Made by a program: the position numbers and the translations under genes
DNA from: a virus
Taxonomy: Duplodnaviria; Caudoviricetes
Length of the DNA stretch: 56,239 nucleotides
Virus record (IMG/VR): IMGVR_UViG_3300011334_000247
Location: 1-56,239 of that record
Direction: 5' to 3' (one strand)
In this document: in pieces, positions 8,245-16,763 of the stretch
Numbering within the stretch: position 1 is the stretch's first letter
Layout of the letters: every line of letters begins with the position of its first letter
The notes under the pieces: model-generated
Seen by the model: the letters and a program-made list of their open reading frames with translations, nothing else
Databases searched by the model: none
What the model was told of the DNA's origin: nothing

Positions 8245-9155
8245 GTAAAGCAGTTAAATCAGTTGGCAATGCCATAGGCAGCGTCGTCAGTGGCGCGGTA
8301 AAGGCCGTGTCGAATGTTGCCAAGGGCGTAGGCAATTTAGCCAAACAGATTACCAGCTCAAAGCTCGGCAAAGCTGTAATGATTGCAGCGGCTATTTACT
8401 TTGGAGGTGCAGCCCTGTCGGGCGGCTTCAGTGCTTCAGCGAGCGGGGGAACATTCCTATCGGGGATGGGGACTGGGGTAGCAAATGCTGCCTCCAGTCT
8501 CTCCACTGCCTGGGGCTCAGCTATGTCTGGCAATTTCTCTCAAGCCGGGTCCGCTCTTAGCTCAGGCTTTAGTGGCGAAGTTGCTGGATCAACAGCAGCT
8601 AATTTAGGCGGCAGCGCGGCTTCCTCAGCAGTTAGCCCAACCCCAGGCTACCCACAGGCACCAGTTGGCGCACCTCCGGTTGCAGCAGCCCCGCCCGTAC
8701 CAGCGGGCTACCCACAGGCTGCAACAGCCCCGATTGCGTCTTCGGGTTCTGTGGCTACCAGCGCACTACCCCCAGCCGCGCCAGTAGTGCCCCCGCCAGT
8801 AGTGCCCCCGCCCACGGCCCCGGTCAGTATGTTTGACAAAGTTATATCCAGCCCATACACCGCTCCTGCTTTGATCAGCGGCGGTATGCAAGTGGGCGGT
8901 GCGTATATTCAGGGCCAAGCGCAAGAAAAGCAATTGCGCGAACAGCGTGAGTATGAAGAACGCATGGCCCGCGAGGCACGCGATCGTTACAACGCAAACG
9001 CAGGCGCACCGTTGTGGTCATCTGAGCAAGCACCAATCTATCAATCAAATCAGGCTGCTTGGGACCCATACGCTGAGGCACGTGCACGTAACGCCCAACG
9101 ATATGCACCGCCACCAACAGGCGTGGTCGCCCGCTACATGCCCACTACCGCTTAA
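8241..9155 (+). CDS. Putative ejection (DNA pilot-like) protein
   Basis: Gly/Ala/Ser-rich amphipathic N-terminus, Pro-rich linker, charged C-terminus. Confidence 0.55.
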   Translation: MSKAVKSVGNAIGSVVSGAVKAVSNVAKGVGNLAKQITSSKLGKAVMIAAAIYFGGAALSGGFSASASGGTFLSGMGTGVANAASSLSTAWGSAMSGNFSQAGSALSSGFSGEVAGSTAANLGGSAASSAVSPTPGYPQAPVGAPPVAAAPPVPAGYPQAATAPIASSGSVATSALPPAAPVVPPPVVPPPTAPVSMFDKVISSPYTAPALISGGMQVGGAYIQGQAQEKQLREQREYEERMAREARDRYNANAGAPLWSSEQAPIYQSNQAAWDPYAEARARNAQRYAPPPTGVVARYMPTTA

Positions 9156-9166
9156 AGGAAACCATC

Positions 9167-9607
9167 ATGGCCGGACTAATTAAAGAACAGATGGGTGCCG
9201 CCAAAGGCGACACGCCAGATGAAAACAATCCCGCATTCGTTCAAGCAATGAGATTTGCCATGAGCGTTTTGTACGAACAAGACGCTGCCGACGATGTGGC
9301 CAAACAACTTAGTGCCGGTCAAGATAAGGTGGATGCCTTGGCCAACATTGCCTATGAGATCACCAGCACAGTCGATGAGAAGACCGAAGGCCAAGTGCCT
9401 CGTGAACTGATCGCGTTGTTGGCCATGGCGATCCTCAACGAAGTCATCGACATCGCTGAGGCTTTGAAGTTGGGAGTTACTCCAGCCGAAGCAGCTGGCG
9501 CATTCAAGCAAATGCTGTTGCGTTACCTGGGCGAGAACGGTGTTGACACCACCCAGTTGCAACAGTCAATGGACCAGGTCGATCCAAAAGTATTTGAAGG
9601 AGCCTAA
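9167..9607 (+). CDS. Hypothetical virion-associated protein
   Basis: 146-aa ORF with AAAGGA RBS in ejection operon. Confidence 0.65.
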   Translation: MAGLIKEQMGAAKGDTPDENNPAFVQAMRFAMSVLYEQDAADDVAKQLSAGQDKVDALANIAYEITSTVDEKTEGQVPRELIALLAMAILNEVIDIAEALKLGVTPAEAAGAFKQMLLRYLGENGVDTTQLQQSMDQVDPKVFEGA

Positions 9608-9609
9608 TC

Positions 9610-10830
9610 ATGGCCGGACTTGTTATGGGCAACATTGGCCAGGCCATCAGTGGCTTTGGCGCAAACATCGGAAACCTGATGTTCAAAAGCATTGGCGACG
9701 AAGCCGATCGCGATGCCCGTATTGCGGCCAAGAAGGAAGAGTGGCAAGCACGCCTTCAGGACCGACAAGACGCCCGCCAAGAAAACAATGACCTGAAGCG
9801 TGAGCTGCTTGAGATGCGGCTTGATGCTGGCGCTGTGAAAGGCGCAAGCGGAGGCAAGGGCGGTGGCAGCATCGACATGGAAGAGATCAAGCCTGGCGGC
9901 AAACACGAGGTGTGGGCGGCTGCCAAAATGGACATGACTGTTCCTGAGTACAAAGCGTTTTACGATTCGCTAAAGACCGGCGACAAGAGCGCATTCTTGC
10001 AAGAAGTGACTCGCACCAACGTCGCCCCAGCCGTACCCGGCATGGGTGCCGTTGAAGGCGAGATGAGCGATGCCGTTTCACGCAAGACTGCTGTTCGTAC
10101 GCCCGAAACTGTTAAAGCGCCATTACCTGGATTCGAGGCCGAGTACAAAGCCAAGATGAAAAAGCTGGCCGACCTTCAAGAGTCTTACGCTTTGGGCGGA
10201 CATTACGACGACATTATGAAAGGCCGTCAACAAGGATTCCAGACCGAGACTGGCCAAGGTGTATTGGCTGGCAATATCAAACCAGGCCCTGGTGGCGAAG
10301 CCGTTGGCGTGTCGTTGGGTAAAGAGCGCATGAAAGTCGAAGGCGGCGAGAAGCTCAACGTCTACACCGGCGAAAGCACAACCACACCAAAAGGCTTGTC
10401 CGAAATTCAAGAGAACAAGGCGCAAGCTGGCAAGGCTTCCAGTGGCAGTGGCACTGGTGGCGCTAAGCCAGTTCGTGTTCAGAGCACCAAAGAAGATTCC
10501 GATGGAAACATGATCCTGGTTATGACCGACGGATCAACCAAACCTATGCTGGGCACAGACGGCAAACCCGTGCGCAGTGCGGCATTCAACAAAGAAGTTT
10601 CCAAGATCATCACCAAGTTGGAAGAGGACGATTCGTCGTTCAAGAAACTGTCGCCGGACGAGAAGCGCAAACGCGCTGAGCAACGATTGACTGGCAAATC
10701 TTCAGAGGCCGCGCCTGCGGCTTCATCCACTTCCGTGGCCACGCCAGTAACTCAAGCAGATTTTGACAAATTGCCTTCGGGCGCAAGGTATGTGAATCCC
10801 AAAGACGGCAAAACCTACACGAAAAAATAA
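9610..10830 (+). CDS. Putative ejection protein
   Basis: 406 aa; C-terminal DFDKLPSGARYVNPKDGKTYTK motif typical of genes preceding giant virion proteins. Confidence 0.6.
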   Translation: MAGLVMGNIGQAISGFGANIGNLMFKSIGDEADRDARIAAKKEEWQARLQDRQDARQENNDLKRELLEMRLDAGAVKGASGGKGGGSIDMEEIKPGGKHEVWAAAKMDMTVPEYKAFYDSLKTGDKSAFLQEVTRTNVAPAVPGMGAVEGEMSDAVSRKTAVRTPETVKAPLPGFEAEYKAKMKKLADLQESYALGGHYDDIMKGRQQGFQTETGQGVLAGNIKPGPGGEAVGVSLGKERMKVEGGEKLNVYTGESTTTPKGLSEIQENKAQAGKASSGSGTGGAKPVRVQSTKEDSDGNMILVMTDGSTKPMLGTDGKPVRSAAFNKEVSKIITKLEEDDSSFKKLSPDEKRKRAEQRLTGKSSEAAPAASSTSVATPVTQADFDKLPSGARYVNPKDGKTYTKK

Positions 10831-10832
10831 TC

Positions 10833-13800
10833 ATGGCCCTTGATTTTTCCAAGTACGGCACGCCGGTTGAAGACCAGGACGACCAGCCCGATTTTTCAAA
10901 ATTCGGCACGCTGGTAGAAGATGCTCGGCGCGAGCTGTCGCCTGGCTCTACGCCATCGACTGCTGGCGCGGGACGCGGCTTTATCAACCCGGTCATGCCC
11001 ACACGTGCGCCCACGAAAGCCGCGCCTGTCGAAGCCGATGCCAGCAACATCATCAGCGATGACTTTGGTGGCGCGGCCATCATGGCGCAAAACCCGGATG
11101 CCGCAATTGAGGTGAACCGCGCGTCCAGCGTGATGACGGGCCGCACATTTGAAAAGCCCGCTCCGTTAATTGATCGACGCGGTGCGCCTGTTTCAGAAGA
11201 CAAATTTAATGAGCTGAAAAAAGCATACGATGCGGCTACCCCGGATGAGCGCGAAACTTTGCTCAAAGCCCCCGGCGTTAATGGCACTGTTTTTAAAACG
11301 ATTGCCGATCAATATAAAAAGCTCGACACCTCAATTGAAAAAACGCCTACGGCTAAAGTCTTTGATACTCGACGTGAGGCGCGTCGAGATAGCTTTATCA
11401 ATCAAGGCATGGAAGCAAAGAGCGCGGACGCGTTGGCTGCCAAAGAAGCCGCCCAAGGTAATACGCCACAACCTTTGGCGCAAGCCACTCCATCAACTTT
11501 TGATTTTGAAACAAAACGGGAATTTGCCAGGCCAGAAAATAAACTGGTTCAAGAAGAAACCGGCGGATTGATCACTGCCCGCACCATCAAACCCAGTGGC
11601 CTGGATGAATTAAATGCTGCTGGAAAAGCGGCATACGGCAAAGTCGTAAATCAATTCGGTTCCAGTTCGGCTGGCGCATGGCAAATGATTGGCGACTTGA
11701 CAGCCGCTGTCGGTGAAGCCACCGGCAATGAGAATGTCGGTCAGTTTGGTAAGCGGCTGGCTGGCGGTAATGCCATATTGCAAAAAGAAGCCAAACAAAA
11801 ACTTGAAGCAATTGGCACTAATCCAAACGCGGCCCTGGCCTTCGTTGAAGAAGGTGTGTCCGGTGCAATTACAAACATTGCGCCTTATTTTGTAGTTGGT
11901 CCAACCTTAGCCTTGTCGACCATGGTTGGCCAAGTGGTAACTGATGAGTACGGCAATGGCCGCGCGGCTGGATTAAAACCCGGCGAGGCCCTGGCCCGGG
12001 CAACGGCCATGGGTGCCGCAGAATTTATTGGTGAACGCGCCAGCTTACCAACTCCGCTTATTAAAGGCTTTAAAGATTTGGTCAAGGGTTTGCCCGCCGA
12101 TCAAATCATGCCCGCGTTTGCCAAATATCTAGCTAAAGAAAACGTCGCCGAGCAAGTTACAACTTCGCTTAACTTTGCCACCGATAAGTGGGCACCGTTT
12201 GGCATCACACCAAACGCTACCTTGGCAGATTATTTGCAAGCAGTCGGCGACACGTTCTATCAAACAACTGCTCAGACTTTGGTCATGGGCGGTGCGGGTA
12301 AGGTTGCCGCGCCAGTCGTTCGTAAGTTTACCGAACCAACAACGCCGGAAGGCATTCTGTCTAAGGCCTTGAACGAGGGCGTCGCTGGCACAGAATTTAA
12401 CCCGGCAGTTAATGACGCCCTGGCTCGTCGTGCCTTGGACGTTCAGTCATACGACGCCAACATCATCAGCCCCACACAGACAGCGCGTGTCGGTCGTGCG
12501 CAGACACTGCTGAACCAAGCAACAAATGTAGATGACATGACCGGCGCAGCCGAAGAGCTGGCCGGTAATCTCAACGAGATGCTGGTGCCTGATAGCGCGG
12601 TCACACCGTTGCCGGTCATCACCAACGAGCCAATGCTGACAAGCGAGCTGCCGCCCCTGGCACCTGGCCGCATCGAGCCAACAATGGCCAACGAGCCCCT
12701 GGCCTTGACCCCTGGTCCAGATGTCAACGTAGAAACAGAACAACAGTTTGGCTTGGACAAGTTGCGCATGAATGCGCCACGTCCACAAAGCATCCAGGGT
12801 AAACCCGTTGCCAGCTTGACAGACGATGAGCTGTCAGCGACCATTGCCGACTCAAACGTCTCAGCCATCACACGCAGAAGCGCAGAGGTTGAGCTGAAGG
12901 CCCGTCAATCTGAACAAGCACCGAATGTACCAGCAGCCACCACAACGGCCACAGAGGCCATCCCGGACGTCACGGGTACCCTTGGGTCAACCCCAGTGCG
13001 GGGTGGCGCTCCTGCACCGGTTAGCGAGCTCCCTGACGCCAATGCAGCAAGAGCGGATGCTCAACGATCTATTGATCGATGGTCAGCCTCCCAGGGCGTG
13101 GCTTCTCCAATCCAATTCAACGCAGCACCCCCAGAAGAAACATCAGCCGTAAGCCAGATCGGCCAGGCGCTGAACAGTCAGTTTGGCACGCGCCTGGTTG
13201 CATACCACGACACAAACCCAGATGCACCCAACGGCGTGGCCATTGGCGGCACGGCCTTTGTCAATACGGCCAACGTCGCGATCAATGCCGGTCGCACATC
13301 GCTGCATGAGTTCAAGCACACGATCGAACAGATTGCAGCAGCCGAGGCCAAGGCGGGACTAACCAACACACCGGCGCAACAATTCACCACCCAGATTGAC
13401 AGCATCTTTGATGACATGACAGACGAAGGCAAGCGAGCCTACGTTGAAAAGTTCTTACACAAAGAAGAACTGGATGGAATCACGGACCCGGCTGCACGCG
13501 AAGCACGCATTCAGGAATTGGTAGCTGCGCCGCTGACCCGGTCAGAGATGACCGCCGACTTCCTTGGCAACCGAGCAACCGACCGCGCGTTCTGGGCAGA
13601 TGTGGCCAAGGCCGATCCGCAAGGGTTCAAAGGCTTTGTCGACAAATGGCTTGGCATCATCGACGGTTTGCTGGCTAAGCTGCGCGGCAGAAAAGATCAG
13701 GGTAAATACGAATCCGCCCGGGTCGACAAATACGTTCAAGATTTGAATCGCGCAAAGATGGTTGCACGCGATGCCCTGGTTGCATATCGCAAGGGTACAC

Positions 13801-16259
13801 TCCAGCAATTTGAAGGAGCAATCAATGGACCAGCCAACAATGTCGCCGCCGGAAATCAAAACATACCAGGAGTTGCAGCATCAGCTCGACCAGAACTTGG
13901 TGAAGCTGGGCGTGCTGAAGTCCCAAGCTACGGCACAGGCAGACAGGGCGCAATCTCAGTTGTCGGACGTCATTACTCGTCGTCTCCCCAGCAATCCCTA
14001 AGCGGAGCTTACTATGGCCGAGGACTTAAAGGGGCAGAACGTAATCGCCTGGACAGCAGCACTGATCCACGCCTTAAGAACCGCATCTACTTCTACGTCG
14101 ACCAAGGGTCAGGCATCCGACCAGAGTCCGGCGTGGGTGGCTACGCACATGAAGTCAAACTGGACAACATCTACGATCCACAAACTGGACTCGTTCGACC
14201 CCAGGCCGACCTCAATGGATTTGAATCCGCAGTAATCAACGCTGGATTCGACGGGTACATCGCACCCTTCGGAAACAACCAGGCAGCAGTTGTGCTGCTT
14301 GGCCAAAAGCACAAGGCCGTACCAGTCGCACAGATTGGCCAACCGGCTTCTGCGCCCCTACCGCAAGCAGCCGCACCGACCACACTGAAGAAGGGCCTGC
14401 TCTCGCGCGAGGCCAACACAATCGACGTATCCAAAATCCCTGGTGCCAAATTGCGCATGGGCAGCTTGGAGATTCCAGCCGAACAAACCGAAGCAGCCAA
14501 CGCTGAGCTGGAGCGCATCGGCAGCGATGTGCGTTTTGCCAAAAAGCAACAAGCCGAAATAGCTGGACCACCAGTGCCAAAAGACTTTGGCGTGTACAAG
14601 GACGTGGCCAAGAGCTTCAAGCTATCCGACGCTGAGTACAACGCGTCGGCCCTGCCGCTGATGACCGGCCAAGCCGGAGACCGTGCATTCCAAACGCCGC
14701 GCGTGGGCGGGCTGCCTGAAGTAGTCCAGTGGTTAGACAACCGCCGCCAAGAAAGCGGCCTGCCCTTGCTCAACATCAAGAGCGAGAACGACCGCGAAAC
14801 CCTGGCCAACATGATGGCTGCCGAAGCCGTTGCCGCAATCAAGAGCGCGGGTAATGCTGTCGAATGGTACGACGAGACCGTGGCCAAAACGCTGCGGATC
14901 ATGGCCGTTAAATACCCAGAGCTTGAATCTGACCCAGCCGCACGCAATGCCTTTCTGATGGCCGTGGCCATATCGTCTCAAACGATGAACGTGGAAGACA
15001 ACTTGCGTTATGCGTCCAAACAATACGAGGCTTATAGGGCTTCAGTAGATGCTCAGGGCGTAGGTAGATTTCCAGAGGTGGGCACAGGCAAATCAGCGCC
15101 AGCAATGGGCAACAACTTTGCTTTGGCCAACGACGTGTTAGCCGAGATGGGCCCCGACCTGCTGCGCAGATTCTTGCAAACAGAATTCACCAAACGCGAC
15201 CTGGAGACCATGGGCTTTCCAATTGGCGGCGAGTCGATGGACGAGAAGATGCTTGGCTCTGCCATCTTTGGACCGAAGATTGGTTTTGGTTTTTACTCAA
15301 ACCTGACCGGCAACTTTGAGCCGGTGACCATGGACATGTGGTTCATGCGCACCATCGGTCGCTTGGCCGGTACCCTTCCAGCGTTTGATGAAAAGCTGTT
15401 CCCCAAGCAAGTGGCCAAGTTGCGTGCTGCATTGCAACAAACCGGCGACGCGAACAAAGGGTTGTACGCGGCCAGCTTTGACCCGGCCCTGGTGGCTGAG
15501 GCGATGAAAACTGACGAGGGTGCTGTTGCGTTAGCGCGACAAGTCAACAGCCTGCACAATCGCCAGTACATCAACGAACGCGCCAAGTTCGACGCTGGCA
15601 CCCGGATCAAGACTGACCTGGTTGGCGCAGCCGCTTCAATTTTGAAATCAGCGGACAAGCCAAAGGACGCTCCCAAGAGCGGAGGCGAGCGCCAACTTCT
15701 GAGGGACGTGGTCCGTCGGATGGTGGACAAGGTCGAAAAAGAAACCGGCAAGCGCGTGCCGCCTGCCGCATTGCAAGCTTTGATCTGGTATCCAGAGCAA
15801 GAACTCTACAAAAAGTTGGGCGTAAAGCTAAGAGTTACTAGCCAAGATTACGCAGGTGCGGCAAAATCTCTGCTAACAAAAGAGGGCTTCGATGGAAAAC
15901 GAATCAGCACAGCAGCCAAATCTGGACCAGGACCAGCACGACAAGTGGCTGGCAAGCAGGTCGCGGGAGCAAATCAGCCGACTGGCCAGCCGAGCCGCCC
16001 AAGCGGCCCGCTCGGCGGAACAGAACGGAAAACTTTCATCGAAGAGCGGACAACCCGAGTCCGATCTGAAGAAGTAAGAGCGCAACCGCTCGAAGATATT
16101 TTTGCCAATCTAAACAAGCGCGGCCTTGCCCGCACCAAAGCCGAGGTTGCATATACTGCCAGACCAGACGGCGCACAAATCAAATACGTACAAGAGAATT
16201 TTCTCGACATCCTGTCTGAGTTGGAAGACTCCGACCTTGTAAAAATTAACTGCGACTGA
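10833..16259 (+). CDS. Giant polyvalent ejection protein 1 (zincin HExxH, ART-like and HhH-glycosylase-like domains)
   Basis: 1808 aa; HEFKH at 13305-13319 with downstream EMTAD; GRHYS...IYFY...GFDGY (~13960-14310); GPKIG..FYSNL.G..VTMDMW..R / LQALIW (~14850-15850). Confidence 0.65.
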   Translation: MALDFSKYGTPVEDQDDQPDFSKFGTLVEDARRELSPGSTPSTAGAGRGFINPVMPTRAPTKAAPVEADASNIISDDFGGAAIMAQNPDAAIEVNRASSVMTGRTFEKPAPLIDRRGAPVSEDKFNELKKAYDAATPDERETLLKAPGVNGTVFKTIADQYKKLDTSIEKTPTAKVFDTRREARRDSFINQGMEAKSADALAAKEAAQGNTPQPLAQATPSTFDFETKREFARPENKLVQEETGGLITARTIKPSGLDELNAAGKAAYGKVVNQFGSSSAGAWQMIGDLTAAVGEATGNENVGQFGKRLAGGNAILQKEAKQKLEAIGTNPNAALAFVEEGVSGAITNIAPYFVVGPTLALSTMVGQVVTDEYGNGRAAGLKPGEALARATAMGAAEFIGERASLPTPLIKGFKDLVKGLPADQIMPAFAKYLAKENVAEQVTTSLNFATDKWAPFGITPNATLADYLQAVGDTFYQTTAQTLVMGGAGKVAAPVVRKFTEPTTPEGILSKALNEGVAGTEFNPAVNDALARRALDVQSYDANIISPTQTARVGRAQTLLNQATNVDDMTGAAEELAGNLNEMLVPDSAVTPLPVITNEPMLTSELPPLAPGRIEPTMANEPLALTPGPDVNVETEQQFGLDKLRMNAPRPQSIQGKPVASLTDDELSATIADSNVSAITRRSAEVELKARQSEQAPNVPAATTTATEAIPDVTGTLGSTPVRGGAPAPVSELPDANAARADAQRSIDRWSASQGVASPIQFNAAPPEETSAVSQIGQALNSQFGTRLVAYHDTNPDAPNGVAIGGTAFVNTANVAINAGRTSLHEFKHTIEQIAAAEAKAGLTNTPAQQFTTQIDSIFDDMTDEGKRAYVEKFLHKEELDGITDPAAREARIQELVAAPLTRSEMTADFLGNRATDRAFWADVAKADPQGFKGFVDKWLGIIDGLLAKLRGRKDQGKYESARVDKYVQDLNRAKMVARDALVAYRKGTLQQFEGAINGPANNVAAGNQNIPGVAASARPELGEAGRAEVPSYGTGRQGAISVVGRHYSSSPQQSLSGAYYGRGLKGAERNRLDSSTDPRLKNRIYFYVDQGSGIRPESGVGGYAHEVKLDNIYDPQTGLVRPQADLNGFESAVINAGFDGYIAPFGNNQAAVVLLGQKHKAVPVAQIGQPASAPLPQAAAPTTLKKGLLSREANTIDVSKIPGAKLRMGSLEIPAEQTEAANAELERIGSDVRFAKKQQAEIAGPPVPKDFGVYKDVAKSFKLSDAEYNASALPLMTGQAGDRAFQTPRVGGLPEVVQWLDNRRQESGLPLLNIKSENDRETLANMMAAEAVAAIKSAGNAVEWYDETVAKTLRIMAVKYPELESDPAARNAFLMAVAISSQTMNVEDNLRYASKQYEAYRASVDAQGVGRFPEVGTGKSAPAMGNNFALANDVLAEMGPDLLRRFLQTEFTKRDLETMGFPIGGESMDEKMLGSAIFGPKIGFGFYSNLTGNFEPVTMDMWFMRTIGRLAGTLPAFDEKLFPKQVAKLRAALQQTGDANKGLYAASFDPALVAEAMKTDEGAVALARQVNSLHNRQYINERAKFDAGTRIKTDLVGAAASILKSADKPKDAPKSGGERQLLRDVVRRMVDKVEKETGKRVPPAALQALIWYPEQELYKKLGVKLRVTSQDYAGAAKSLLTKEGFDGKRISTAAKSGPGPARQVAGKQVAGANQPTGQPSRPSGPLGGTERKTFIEERTTRVRSEEVRAQPLEDIFANLNKRGLARTKAEVAYTARPDGAQIKYVQENFLDILSELEDSDLVKINCD
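13825..14001 (+). CDS. Candidate overprinted 58-aa protein (+1 frame inside giant gene 1)
   Basis: AAGGAG 6 nt before ATG; MDQPTMSPPEIKTYQELQHQLDQNLVKLGVLK...; host frame here is a low-complexity linker. Confidence 0.4.
   Translation: MDQPTMSPPEIKTYQELQHQLDQNLVKLGVLKSQATAQADRAQSQLSDVITRRLPSNP
15892..16077 (+). CDS. Candidate overprinted 61-aa protein (+1 frame inside giant gene 1)
   Basis: GAGG 6 nt before ATG; host frame is a G/P/A/R-rich linker. Confidence 0.3.
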   Translation: MENESAQQPNLDQDQHDKWLASRSREQISRLASRAAQAARSAEQNGKLSSKSGQPESDLKK

Positions 16260-16267
16260 GGACCAAC

Positions 16268-16759
16268 ATGACACCCAAGATGATCATCTCCCAAGACTGC
16301 AAAGACATGCTGGACGACGCAGTTCATTCAGAGCTTTACGCATCCAATTTGTACAAGCACATTGCAAATGAGTTGCAACGCATCGGTTATTTCGGCACCT
16401 CGAAATTCTTCTTGAAAGAAAGCGCGGACGAGTTGGAACATTACCAGCGCCATGTTGAATTTCAAAACGATGTCGGCACTGTGGCCAAGGTGCCAATGAT
16501 CGAATCAATGGATGAGCCTATCAAGACATTGAGCGATGCGATTGAGACCGGATATGAGACCGAGCTCCAGCTGTACAACGACTACAAGAAGTGGTATGGC
16601 CAGGCATCGGACGATCCTGTGGTCCAGCAGTTCTTGCTTCAGTTCCTGGAGATTCAGCGCACCAGTGTGGGTGAGTACGGCGACTTGCTGGCACGCATTC
16701 AGCTTGTCGATCAAGACAAAGCGGGCATGCTCTTAATCGACCAAGAATTAGGCGGTTAA
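16268..16759 (+). CDS. Ferritin-family protein
   Basis: ELYASNLY, FFLKESADELEH, ETGYETE, QFLLQFLEIQ, MLLIDQEL match the ferritin four-helix pattern and length. Confidence 0.8.
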   Translation: MTPKMIISQDCKDMLDDAVHSELYASNLYKHIANELQRIGYFGTSKFFLKESADELEHYQRHVEFQNDVGTVAKVPMIESMDEPIKTLSDAIETGYETELQLYNDYKKWYGQASDDPVVQQFLLQFLEIQRTSVGEYGDLLARIQLVDQDKAGMLLIDQELGG

Positions 16760-16763
16760 TCAC

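Noticed and set aside
14171-14971. Long antisense ORFs over major genes (e.g. 14171-14971, 18609-19625, 45476-46348, 47705-48628, 54222-54896)
   Set aside because: Shadow-type composition, no RBS or promoter, and the sense frame encodes recognisable domains there, unlike 18395-18607.
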